From positions 95,042 to 159,041 of the IMG/VR virus record IMGVR_UViG_3300021197_001995: a stretch of DNA of 64,000 bases; one strand, given 5' to 3'. The notes below the pieces were generated by a model. That model was not told the DNA's origin. It worked only from the letters and a program-made list of their open reading frames with translations, and made no database searches. Numbering within the stretch: the first letter of the stretch is position 1; each line of letters starts with the position of its first letter. Positions 38,730 to 47,234 of this stretch are shown piece after piece. This DNA is from a virus. The translations under genes were made by a program, and so were the position numbers.

Positions 38730-38892
38730 TTTAGTGAAATACGATCATCACAACTGGTCTGACTGGTACGGAATCATACTTCGCGAAATACCAGGAACCG
38801 ATGAGAGAAGAATGGTTATGTGGAACAGGGACAATAGCGTGATAACATCGACACCGAAAAGGGATTTGGAGCTAGTCAATGAAAGTCGGTGA
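38716..38892 (+). CDS. MKVGDLV-family cassette protein (58 aa, not in ORF track)
   Basis: MKVGDLVKY...GIIL...MVMW...LELVNESR*. Confidence 0.8.
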   Translation: MKVGDLVKYDHHNWSDWYGIILREIPGTDERRMVMWNRDNSVITSTPKRDLELVNESR

Positions 38893-39088
38893 TTTGGTCG
38901 CGCTGTCAGCGTATGGCAAGAAAGTAAAACGAACAGGTTGGGTTCAACCTGGTGACGTAGGGATTATCAAGAAGGTTAGGAACAGTATCTGGCTAACTTA
39001 TGAGATTATGTGGAATCGAAGTCGGTGGGAGTACTCCTACCATCATCAACACTGTTTTGACCGCAAAGATTTAAAGTTTGTTAAGTAG
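38879..39088 (+). CDS. MKVGDLV-family cassette protein (last in the array)
   Basis: MKVGDLV...GII...YEIMW...DLKFVK*. Confidence 0.8.
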   Translation: MKVGDLVALSAYGKKVKRTGWVQPGDVGIIKKVRNSIWLTYEIMWNRSRWEYSYHHQHCFDRKDLKFVK

Positions 39089-39098
39089 TTAATTTTAC

Positions 39099-39127
39099 TT
39101 GACTTTTTCTACCAACAGTGTTATTAT
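39099..39127 (+). promoter_or_regulatory. sigma70-type promoter
   Basis: TTGACT-17-TATTAT. Confidence 0.7.
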
Positions 39128-39153
39128 AGTATTAACAAGATGATGGAGGAATT

Positions 39154-39336
39154 ATGAAATTCGAGATTGGTGAAATTGTTGAAATCGAATATGGCGATTG
39201 CAACGCTGGCAAGAAAGCCGTTCTTTTGCAGTTTAATGATGACAAAGTGTTTGGCACCGGCGAGTTGGTTAAAATCATGTTCATCGGAGAGAACAAGCCA
39301 ACCTATACACTTTTAGATAGGATTGCAAAGCTATGA
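39154..39336 (+). CDS. KOW/SH3-like small protein
   Basis: FEIGEIVEIEYG..AGKKAV (KOW-like). Confidence 0.65.
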   Translation: MKFEIGEIVEIEYGDCNAGKKAVLLQFNDDKVFGTGELVKIMFIGENKPTYTLLDRIAKL

Positions 39337-40010
39337 TGACGCACCAAGAAACAAGTACCATGTTTGACTACCTCAACTCGGTCAGTGAAAAAATGACTTA
39401 TGGGGATTCCCAGTTCATGAAGTCTCTACACTGGCACTTTCAAAAGAACGGTGATCTTTCTGGTGGCCAAGACTACCACCTTGAGAAACTCGGGACTAAG
39501 TATAGTATGGAAGAGCTTTCAAGACAAGAACAGTTTGAGCAGAACTACAGCGACGAACTTAGACTCGCCGCGCTCAGGTGTGCTAGATATTATGATGTGC
39601 AACATCCTCGATACTATGGAAATATTGTTGATAAAGTTCTTAATGACCCATCGAACCACACGCTCAATTACAACGAGTTTAACAAAATGTGCAACAACAA
39701 GTATGCTAAGAAGATTCTGGCAGCATACGATACGCCACACAAGTTTTCATCCGGTGACATGGTTCAAATTCGCTCGAACAACAGGATAGACATCGCAAAC
39801 ACGAACACCAAGGACGGTCACGTCGCCAAAGGCACCCGGTCAACGTGGCGGCTGGCCAACAAGATTTGCATGGTTCTTGAAGTGGATTCAAGACCCATTA
39901 CTAGGCCAGCAAAGGGCGCAAGGATTTATAAGGTTCTAATTATTGATGAGACGTCTCCAGTTTACGCTCACGAATCAGACTTGAAGAAGGTCCGGAGGTC
40001 AAAGAAATGA
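39333..40010 (+). CDS. hypothetical protein with C-terminal SH3-like domain
   Basis: FSSGDMVQ...YKVL...ESDLKK. Confidence 0.65.
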   Translation: MMTHQETSTMFDYLNSVSEKMTYGDSQFMKSLHWHFQKNGDLSGGQDYHLEKLGTKYSMEELSRQEQFEQNYSDELRLAALRCARYYDVQHPRYYGNIVDKVLNDPSNHTLNYNEFNKMCNNKYAKKILAAYDTPHKFSSGDMVQIRSNNRIDIANTNTKDGHVAKGTRSTWRLANKICMVLEVDSRPITRPAKGARIYKVLIIDETSPVYAHESDLKKVRRSKK

Positions 40011-40435
40011 ACAAGGTTATCCATGCAATCTCCTTTCTACACCAGGGGGAGAGGGTAGTTGTTGAAGCTACCATTTTCGGTAAGTTTAAGGTTCCAGTTA
40101 CGGAAGTGGTGAACGGAACACTCAAAACAAAAATGAGAAACCTAACCGCAAAGCAGGTCATTGAACATGACATAATTAAAAACTGTGATCCAACCTTTTA
40201 TCTGAAGAACAATGAAAGGTTGAGAGTTTACCCCGGTGGTGACCCTTCTTACTTGCCTGCACAGTCAGACGGTATCGCGATAAAACATGACGACGCGAAC
40301 AAGATCTTGTTACCCAAGGTTAAGAAAAAGATCCTTGACAAACCATCAACTAATGGTTACAATAGTTATCAACAAGCAGGTTTAGATATGTATGGCTGGT
40401 GGCCAGAGGACTTTAATGATGGAAACGCAGACTAA
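40007..40435 (+). CDS. hypothetical protein
   Basis: 142 aa ORF with ATGA overlap. Confidence 0.6.
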   Translation: MNKVIHAISFLHQGERVVVEATIFGKFKVPVTEVVNGTLKTKMRNLTAKQVIEHDIIKNCDPTFYLKNNERLRVYPGGDPSYLPAQSDGIAIKHDDANKILLPKVKKKILDKPSTNGYNSYQQAGLDMYGWWPEDFNDGNAD

Positions 40436-40679
40436 ATTAGAGCCGGGAGACTTGGTTTTCACCCACCCACAAGACAACCCCGAGCACATTAAAAGACTAC
40501 CATCTTATGCTCACCTCACGCCGTATCTTGTTTTGTCAGAAGAATTGGCTCCAAACGGAGAAGCCATAAGACAGCAATCGTGGTACAAGATAATGTCAAC
40601 CAGTAGAATAACAGGAGACGTTAAAATTATTCAACTACCAGAGAACATGCTTACGAGGTTTGAAGAATTAAATGAGTGA
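40416..40679 (+). CDS. SH3-like small protein
   Basis: LEPGDLV...WYKIM...ENML. Confidence 0.55.
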   Translation: MMETQTKLEPGDLVFTHPQDNPEHIKRLPSYAHLTPYLVLSEELAPNGEAIRQQSWYKIMSTSRITGDVKIIQLPENMLTRFEELNE

Positions 40680-40968
40680 GGTCTATAATTTAAGAATTGG
40701 AGACATGTTGTGGAATACAAAAGACTCGACAGGCGAGTCCGCAAACATTATCGGTTTGGTTTACAAGCTGACTCCGAAGTACGCTTACTACGCTATCTGT
40801 GCGAGGCTGAGAAACGAACCCGATGGGGACCATTTCATCACAAAGGATCATAAGGTGAAGAAGTCTAAACTTTACGAATCAATCAAAAACAACCAAGTAG
40901 AGGTAAGCTATGCAGGTGGCACAAAGAGACGAAGAAAAATCACAGACATCACAGCTCAAAACTGGTGA
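40672..40968 (+). CDS. SH3-like small protein
   Basis: LRIGDML...IGLV. Confidence 0.55.
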   Translation: MSEVYNLRIGDMLWNTKDSTGESANIIGLVYKLTPKYAYYAICARLRNEPDGDHFITKDHKVKKSKLYESIKNNQVEVSYAGGTKRRRKITDITAQNW

Positions 40969-41119
40969 CATCGTGAGGTTCAGTGATCTTCGGCTTCCCT
41001 TGTTTCACGACCAGACCGGCATTGTTTTGGAATTTTTTAACGAAGGGTTCGATGCTCTAGTTTTATTGAATGATGGCGGTTTATTCCTTGACAGAGTGGA
41101 GGCTTTTGTGGTATTATGA
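40910..41119 (+). CDS. SH3-like small protein
   Basis: LKTGDIV...GIVL; start uncertain. Confidence 0.5.
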   Translation: MQVAQRDEEKSQTSQLKTGDIVRFSDLRLPLFHDQTGIVLEFFNEGFDALVLLNDGGLFLDRVEAFVVL

Positions 41120-41122
41120 ATT

Positions 41123-41362
41123 ATGGTTAAACAAAAAATCGACATTGGAGACTTGGTGGAAGTAGACCCGCCTGCACCTGGAAAAAGATACCAAGGCGTT
41201 GTAGTAGAGCGCAAGACTATCAATCCGAACTTCGATGATCCGAATCGATTATTCCACCCAGACGAGTATCATTGCAAGGTTTTGATTATCAACTCAGACG
41301 CAGATAATGACCAACGCTGGGTGCGAACTAAGTGGTTGAAATTATTGTCAAAATCTTCTTGA
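41123..41362 (+). CDS. SH3-like small protein
   Basis: IDIGDLVEV...GVVV...CKVL...WLKLL. Confidence 0.6.
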   Translation: MVKQKIDIGDLVEVDPPAPGKRYQGVVVERKTINPNFDDPNRLFHPDEYHCKVLIINSDADNDQRWVRTKWLKLLSKSS

Positions 41363-41400
41363 CATTTCCTATAAACTCTGATAATATATAAGTATAAAGA

Positions 41401-41625
41401 ATGGAGAAACCCTTGACCGACCCGTATGAAATCCACCCCGAATGTCCGCCTACCGAAAAAAAACCTAATAATTACTTGACTTTAGAGCAAGTTAATGGTA
41501 TTATAGATAAAGAGATTGAGGTAATACTTTCCTGGAAATCAAACCCGTGGGGATTTACAAGAGACGACTTCATCGAAACACTCGAAGAGATCAAAGAAAC
41601 AATGGAGACAGAATGTCACAACTAG
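41401..41625 (+). CDS. hypothetical protein
   Basis: ORF after TTGACA-17-TAATAT (41359). Confidence 0.5.
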   Translation: MEKPLTDPYEIHPECPPTEKKPNNYLTLEQVNGIIDKEIEVILSWKSNPWGFTRDDFIETLEEIKETMETECHN

Positions 41626-42194
41626 CGAATAACGTATACAGAATGGAGAACGCCGAACTAATCGGCCTTGCAAAGAACCGCTTCCTAGACAGCGAAACGC
41701 AATTAAAGATCGCAGAGCACCCGTACCGCAGAGCAAAAATCTACTTAGCAGAGAACGCAGGACTGTGCCCCGCTGCGAGGGATCATCTCTGGAACATGCG
41801 AGGTTATGTTCTGAAGACAGAACTGCTTACTTTTGGGCACTACGTGGGTCAAGATGAGTTCTATCACGAGATGTATACTGACCATGGAGACAAGATGCGC
41901 TGGCGATCCCCTTGGAGACTGCACCGGTGCTTTGTCGGAGGTTATGGAAGAACAAGAAATGGTTGGGGTAATTCCGAAGGCCCTCGCGGCTGCCCTCCAG
42001 AAATTCTGGAAGACATTTATGAGAAGGACGTTGCTTCAAAGAATGCTGCGTCAGACTGGAATGCACGCTCAACTTTGAGAGGCTTGTTGAGTAATCCAAA
42101 CCTCCCAACTGACGTTGTGGTGAAGGTTTCAGCCTCACATCCGGATTCAGACATAAGAAACATGGCACTTAGACGCCTCGGAACACTAAAATAA
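41613..42194 (+). CDS. hypothetical helical-repeat protein (LRV/HEAT-like)
   Basis: LAKNR, LAEN, LLSNPNLP repeats; ATG at 41613 after GGAG. Confidence 0.55.
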   Translation: MSQLANNVYRMENAELIGLAKNRFLDSETQLKIAEHPYRRAKIYLAENAGLCPAARDHLWNMRGYVLKTELLTFGHYVGQDEFYHEMYTDHGDKMRWRSPWRLHRCFVGGYGRTRNGWGNSEGPRGCPPEILEDIYEKDVASKNAASDWNARSTLRGLLSNPNLPTDVVVKVSASHPDSDIRNMALRRLGTLK

Positions 42195-42209
42195 AATTGC
42201 ATTTTGTTA

Positions 42210-42238
42210 TTGACAAAATGTACCCACTATAGTATACT
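42210..42238 (+). promoter_or_regulatory. sigma70-type promoter
   Basis: TTGACA-17-TATACT. Confidence 0.8.
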
Positions 42239-42286
42239 AGTTATAGATAGATAAGACAAAAACAGCAAAACTACAAGGAGATCCCC

Positions 42287-43354
42287 ATGGCTGTTGATTT
42301 CGCGACATTTTCTAAAATTGTTAACCATGTAACCGCAGTGCGTAAGCCTGTCCTACTTCGAGGCCGTCACGGCATCGGCAAGTCCACCGTTGTGTATCAG
42401 TTCGCTGATTCGCAGGGCATGGAGATTGTCGAACGACGTGCTTCTCAGATGACCGAGGGTGACTTGGTTGGTCTTCCAACCATTGAAGACAATTCTACAA
42501 CTTTCAACCCGCCAGACTGGTTCAAGGCTGCTTGTGACCGACCTGTTGTTTTGTTTCTCGACGAAGTTGACCGCGCTACTCTGGAGGTCCGCCAGGGTAT
42601 CTTCGAGCTTACTGATTCACGTAAGCTGAACGGTCACACTCTCCACCCAGACACGCTCGTTTTCGCAGCAGTCAATGGTGGCGACCACGGATCACAATAC
42701 CAAGTAGGTGAGATGGACCCAGCAGAACTAGACCGCTGGACAGTATTCGACATCGAACCTACAGTGGAGGACTGGCTGTCTTGGGCCAAGGACTCAGAGA
42801 TTTCTTCTGAGGTTTGGAATTTTATCAACCAGAACCGACCCCACCTCGAACACACAGATGACTTCGAGCCGAACAAGGTTTACCCTTCTCGTCGCTCGTG
42901 GGAACGTCTTGACCGATGCTTGGCTCAAGCCGGCCTGTTGGAGGAGTCCAGTCCTACACTTTACAATCTTACGTCAGCGTTTGTTGGCTTCGAGGCTGCC
43001 GTCGCTTTCAACGATTTCATTCTCAACTATGACCGACAGGTTACGACTGAGGACATCTTGGTCAAGGGTGATTTCGCCAAGGTTGCGGATTTCGGTATCA
43101 ACGACCACACTGCTATCATCGACAAGTTCGAGGCAGAGGAAATCTTCAAGGATGAGTTGGTTCAAGAGCAGGTTGATAACTTGGCTCGATACTTTGTGAT
43201 GCTTCCTTCTGAGGTTGCCATGAAACTCTGGACTGTCATGGGCAAGGGTGATGTTAACAATACTGTCAAGCTGCACAAATCAGAAGTAGACGGAGAATCT
43301 GTGTCAAAGCACTTCGTCAAGCTGATTAACGGCTCGGAAAATGACGTCAACTAA
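42287..43354 (+). CDS. MoxR-family AAA+ ATPase
   Basis: Walker A GRHGIGKS, Walker B LFLDEVDR, AAVN, MDPAELDRW, PSRRSW. Confidence 0.9.
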   Translation: MAVDFATFSKIVNHVTAVRKPVLLRGRHGIGKSTVVYQFADSQGMEIVERRASQMTEGDLVGLPTIEDNSTTFNPPDWFKAACDRPVVLFLDEVDRATLEVRQGIFELTDSRKLNGHTLHPDTLVFAAVNGGDHGSQYQVGEMDPAELDRWTVFDIEPTVEDWLSWAKDSEISSEVWNFINQNRPHLEHTDDFEPNKVYPSRRSWERLDRCLAQAGLLEESSPTLYNLTSAFVGFEAAVAFNDFILNYDRQVTTEDILVKGDFAKVADFGINDHTAIIDKFEAEEIFKDELVQEQVDNLARYFVMLPSEVAMKLWTVMGKGDVNNTVKLHKSEVDGESVSKHFVKLINGSENDVN

Positions 43355-43357
43355 TAG

Positions 43358-43386
43358 TTGACAAATGCCATGAAATGTGGTATAGT
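43358..43386 (+). promoter_or_regulatory. sigma70-type promoter
   Basis: TTGACA-17-TATAGT. Confidence 0.8.
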
Positions 43387-43412
43387 ATATTATACAAACA
43401 ATGGAGGCTGTT

Positions 43413-44648
43413 ATGTCTGACAATAAAGAATTTGACCTCAACATGAACACCGCTCGTCTTCTCATGGACGAGCCGTTCTTTGCTGCAATCTCTCGCAGGA
43501 TTGATAAGCGAGCATCTACTGCAATCCCCACCGCTGGAGTGATGGTGAATCCCGACACCGCCCAGTTTGAGATGCTTTACAACCCAGCGTTCTTTACAGA
43601 TTTGACAGACCTTGAGCGCACCGACGTGCTCAAGCATGAATTTTATCACGTTCTGTTTGAGCACGTCACTGGTCGCTTCCCAGATGGCGTCAACATGAAG
43701 CTATGGAACATTGCCACAGACCTGGCTATCAACTCTCACCTTCACAATCTACCCAAGGGCGGACTAATTCCTGGCGAAGCCGGAACACCATTCGCAGACT
43801 TACCTAAAGGTGAGTCAGCAGAGTGGTACATGGCCAACATGCCAGACTTCAACAAGGACAAAGAAGACCAAGACGGACAGAAGGGTGAAGGTGGAGAGCA
43901 AGAGGGTGAAGGTGGTCAAGGCGGAGAGTCAGGCTCCAACCCTGGAGAGGGCGATGGTATACCTGATACACTTGACGACCACTCAGGATGGCAAGAGTGC
44001 TCTCAAGAGGTCAAGGAAATGGCCAAGGAACGCCTTAAGGATGCTGTCCGCAAGGCCGCCAATGAAGCAAGTGCCTCGAACCGTTGGGGCTCGGTATCTT
44101 CTGAAGTCCGCAAGGAAGTGATGAAGATGCTGGATACCAAGATTGACTGGCGTAAAGTTCTACGATACTTCGTCAAGTCATCACAACGAGCCGACCGTTC
44201 GAGTTCAATCAAGCGTATTAATCGTCGTTATGCTTACATTCATCCTGGTCGCAAGTCTGCTCGTGTAGCGCGCGTAGCAGTTTCAGTTGACCAGTCGGGC
44301 TCAGTGGACGATAACATGCTTGCTTTGTTCTTCGCAGAGCTTAACAAGTTGGCATCCGTTGCCGAGTTCGTGGTTGTGCCGTTCGACACTCGTGTTGATG
44401 AGAGCAAGATATTCACCTGGCGTAAGGGACAGAGCAAGGCTCCAGAGCGTGTGTTGCAAGGCGGCACAGACTTCAATGCTCCAACGGAGTATGTCAACAA
44501 GCAAGGTTTCGATGGTCACATTGTCTTAACCGACATGGGCGCGCCCAAGCCCAAGCCTAGCAAGTGCCAGCGCATGTGGATGACTACAAAACAGTATGCA
44601 GATTCTTATCACTTCGACACCAAAGAGAGGGTCGTGGCGATAGATTAA
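43413..44648 (+). CDS. metallopeptidase-like + vWA protein (DUF2201-type MoxR partner)
   Basis: HEFYH (HExxH), WNIATDLAIN, LDDH..W, MIDAS DQSGS, GGTDF, LTD. Confidence 0.88.
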   Translation: MSDNKEFDLNMNTARLLMDEPFFAAISRRIDKRASTAIPTAGVMVNPDTAQFEMLYNPAFFTDLTDLERTDVLKHEFYHVLFEHVTGRFPDGVNMKLWNIATDLAINSHLHNLPKGGLIPGEAGTPFADLPKGESAEWYMANMPDFNKDKEDQDGQKGEGGEQEGEGGQGGESGSNPGEGDGIPDTLDDHSGWQECSQEVKEMAKERLKDAVRKAANEASASNRWGSVSSEVRKEVMKMLDTKIDWRKVLRYFVKSSQRADRSSSIKRINRRYAYIHPGRKSARVARVAVSVDQSGSVDDNMLALFFAELNKLASVAEFVVVPFDTRVDESKIFTWRKGQSKAPERVLQGGTDFNAPTEYVNKQGFDGHIVLTDMGAPKPKPSKCQRMWMTTKQYADSYHFDTKERVVAID

Positions 44649-44659
44649 ATCCACCCGGG

Positions 44660-44950
44660 TTGAACGGACCAACAGGGGTCTGGTTCTGGTGGTGTCGGTT
44701 GGTCAATCTTTGATTCCCTGAGTGTCTACGGGCATCGAAAGCTATACAGTGAATCAAAGCAACCGGCGGATTCTTGGAAATTAAATAGGAAATCGGCGCG
44801 ATTGTCTATAACCGCGTCCGCGTTGTCGTTAATCCGGTGTAAGAGGCTATCTATTATCGAAGCCCATCCTGAACTCGATGTAACAGAATAAAATAAGACA
44901 TAGGCTGGCGAACGTCAAGGCGGTGAGGACAGCCTGACCCAAGAATCCCA
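44660..44950 (+). ncRNA. candidate structured non-coding RNA
   Basis: About 300 nt with no ORF in the track and several perfect helices (GACCAAC/GTTGGTC, CTTTGATTC/GAATCAAAG, GGATTCTTGG/CCAAGAATCC, AGGCTG/CAGCCT) plus a cUACGg tetraloop. Confidence 0.55.
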
Positions 44951-44979
44951 CTTTTATGTCCGAGCGTCATATTTAGTAT

Positions 44980-45225
44980 ATGATTGCTTTCAAACCAGGG
45001 GACTTGGTAGCCTGTTTTATTACTAACACACAGGTCTATGAAGAATTACTAATGTGGGGGATCGTCCTGCGAGTAACTAGAGAATTGAAAGACGTTCTGG
45101 TGCTCGACAACATGGGCAACACACATTGGTACCCATCTCACCGCTGGCAGAAATTATCTAAACAAAAATCAAAGAAAACACTTGACATTACAGGCATACT
45201 AGCGTATAATAGTAGTACAAGTTAG
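44980..45225 (+). CDS. SH3-like small protein
   Basis: FKPGDLV...GIVL...VLVL. Confidence 0.6.
   Translation: MIAFKPGDLVACFITNTQVYEELLMWGIVLRVTRELKDVLVLDNMGNTHWYPSHRWQKLSKQKSKKTLDITGILAYNSSTS
45182..45210 (+). promoter_or_regulatory. sigma70-type promoter
   Basis: TTGACA-17-TATAAT. Confidence 0.8.
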
Positions 45226-45318
45226 GAGAAAAAACATGATTAGAGTTACCTTAGTGTTAGCTATTATAAATTTCATCGCCGGAATCTTCGGCATCACAAT
45301 CCCTGAAAAGGGGGACTC

Positions 45319-45888
45319 ATGGGATCAGTAAATCCAGTGTGCCTCGCAGAAATAATTGACTTACACAAGAGAGAAAAAAACAAAGATGGTGTGAGCCCAT
45401 GGCTCAACTCAAGGAACGAATCTTTCAGACATCTCGATACCCCGCAGGATAAAGGTACAGTCGGAGTTAAGCTGTACATGGCCCACTTGCTCAGCCGCGG
45501 CTACGAGGTTGAGATTGTAAGTGACCAGGGAGACATAAGGTACAGGAAGCCCGGAGGTGCCTGGATCAAGGATGAAGTCAAAACAGCTAGTGCATCTATA
45601 AAAGTCCTAAAGAGTGGAGATTGGAGTTCTTACCATTGGTTTAATCAAGTCAGGCCCAATCAAGAAGGTTGGGACGGGGTGACACTGGTTTCCGTTTGGC
45701 CAAACCATACAGAAATCTATAGATTATCGAGGGAGGATTATCTGCGAAGCAAGATGATCGGATCTGCTGGCATCAGTTCGGGCCACACAGGGACAGAAGA
45801 ACTCGACCAGGTTAAACTGATTAGCAACAGCAACACTTTCAACTATGACGAGTGGAGTTGTATCTACACAGACAAGGAGACAAAGTGA
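45319..45888 (+). CDS. PD-(D/E)XK restriction endonuclease-like protein
   Basis: KGTVG...GDI...DEVKTAS...FNQVR; coupled to the methyltransferase. Confidence 0.6.
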   Translation: MGSVNPVCLAEIIDLHKREKNKDGVSPWLNSRNESFRHLDTPQDKGTVGVKLYMAHLLSRGYEVEIVSDQGDIRYRKPGGAWIKDEVKTASASIKVLKSGDWSSYHWFNQVRPNQEGWDGVTLVSVWPNHTEIYRLSREDYLRSKMIGSAGISSGHTGTEELDQVKLISNSNTFNYDEWSCIYTDKETK

Positions 45889-46931
45889 CAGACAGTAAAA
45901 GATTGAGAGGTTTGGTCGAAAGTGTACTTTCGTCTGCAAACGCAGACATGCCAGAAGAAGAAGCTGAACGACTGGCTAAAACGATGATGACTGCAATAGG
46001 AAGTGAGTTCTTCTACGGGCAAATTGGAAACAATGTGAAAGCCGGCCACCGCAACAAGCAGTCTTACGCAAACAAGCGAACGTCAGGCAAGGAGCAGTAT
46101 TACACTAGCCAAAACGTCGTGGACATCTGCCTGGAAGAAGTGCAGAAACATGTAGATTTGTCCTCCGTGAATCTTGTTGAACCTTGCGGCGGTACCGGCG
46201 AGTTCATCGACGGTCTGATTCGACTTGGAGTGGATGAGAACAACATAACTTCGTTCGATATTGAGCCAAAGCACGAGCTGGTTAAGCAGGGCGATTATCT
46301 AGAACAAGACCTTTCAGGCGTCACCAACCTGGTTTCGATCACGAACCCACCATTCGGACGTGCCTCGTCACTAGCAAAGAAGTTTTTCAATCACGATGCT
46401 AAGTTCTGCACTCACATCTGTTACTTGATACCGAAGGCTTGGAGGAAGTGGTCTGTGCACAATTCTCTTGATAAGAATTTCCATTTGGTAGCAGACATAG
46501 ACCTTCCTCAGAACTGCTTTTATCTTGCGGACGGCACGAGGAAAGAGAAAGACGTGCTAAACACTGTGTTTCAGATCTGGGAGAAGAGAGATTACCAGCG
46601 ACCAAAGATTAAGATACCAGATCACAAGTTGATACAGAAGGTGATACCTGAGATGGCCAAAGGCAATTTGAAAGTGGTTAAAGGTGCTAACTTTTCAATC
46701 GTCGCGTTCGGACATTCAGCGGGGCGATGTGAGGAAGTCACCGAGCCAGTCGTACCATACAAGACAACGACTATGTACTTGAAGATAAAAGATGAAAAAG
46801 TTAAAGACGCGCTAAGAAAGGTTGATCTTTCCAAGTTTTACAATAATGTGTCGTATGTACAAGCACTATCAATTCAGGAGATTAACTATGCTCTGAATGA
46901 GTTCTTTGGACTGTCGAATTTTAAATTTTAG
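45885..46931 (+). CDS. DNA amino-methyltransferase (N6-A / N4-C)
   Basis: QYYT, motif I EPCGGTGEF, motif IV TNPPFG; GTGA overlap with the upstream nuclease. Confidence 0.88.
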   Translation: MTDSKRLRGLVESVLSSANADMPEEEAERLAKTMMTAIGSEFFYGQIGNNVKAGHRNKQSYANKRTSGKEQYYTSQNVVDICLEEVQKHVDLSSVNLVEPCGGTGEFIDGLIRLGVDENNITSFDIEPKHELVKQGDYLEQDLSGVTNLVSITNPPFGRASSLAKKFFNHDAKFCTHICYLIPKAWRKWSVHNSLDKNFHLVADIDLPQNCFYLADGTRKEKDVLNTVFQIWEKRDYQRPKIKIPDHKLIQKVIPEMAKGNLKVVKGANFSIVAFGHSAGRCEEVTEPVVPYKTTTMYLKIKDEKVKDALRKVDLSKFYNNVSYVQALSIQEINYALNEFFGLSNFKF

Positions 46932-47003
46932 ACTCAGATAATACTTGACTTTTCCATAAATACCTGATACTATTAGTATATACAGAATAGAGAAAGGTCA
47001 CAA

Positions 47004-47234
47004 ATGATTCGCTCCAAAGCAGAGAAGCCGCCACAAAAGCTAGAGATAGATCTTACTGGACCAGAAGGTAACGCTTATGTTCTCATGGGTTACGCAGAGA
47101 GGTGGGGCAGACAACTAGGTTATAGTAGCCATAAAATCAAGAGCATAATTGACGAGATGAAGTTGACCAACTACGAAGGCTTGCTTTACACTTTTGACCG
47201 CGAGTTCGGAAGTTTTGTGACGTTATGGAGATAA
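47004..47234 (+). CDS. hypothetical phage protein
   Basis: IDLTGPEGNAYVLMG; follows TTGACT-17-TACTAT (46945). Confidence 0.7.
   Translation: MIRSKAEKPPQKLEIDLTGPEGNAYVLMGYAERWGRQLGYSSHKIKSIIDEMKLTNYEGLLYTFDREFGSFVTLWR

Larger units (their letters stand above)
34920..39088 (+). repeat. tandem array of SH3/KOW-like gene cassettes joined by a conserved junction repeat
   Basis: Exact TGAAAGTCGGTGA at 35587, 35907, 36055, 36236, 36652, 36827, 37020, 37207, 37406, 37756, 37943, 38130, 38717 and 38880; variants at 34921, 35418, 35741, 36474 and 37575. Confidence 0.95.

Noticed and set aside
35586-38892. CRISPR array interpretation of the regularly spaced repeat
   Set aside because: Inter-repeat segments are about 120-180 nt, are intact protein-coding sequence with a shared fold pattern, the repeat is not palindromic, and no cas genes are in the window.
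35586-38892. Stop-codon recoding (TGA read-through) fusing the cassettes
   Set aside because: Successive cassettes are in different frames with their own RBS and start, and long conserved genes (dnaE, uvsE, nrdJ, groEL) end normally on TGA, TAA or TAG.
34920-39088. Diversity-generating retroelement or classical integron
   Set aside because: No reverse transcriptase, no near-identical template/variable repeat pair differing at adenines, no tyrosine integrase and no attC-like inverted repeats are visible in the window.
44660-44955. tmRNA or RNase P RNA
   Set aside because: No tRNA-like acceptor or T-arm ends, no tag ORF and no GAGGAAAGTCC-type RNase P core recognised; kept only as an unknown ncRNA.
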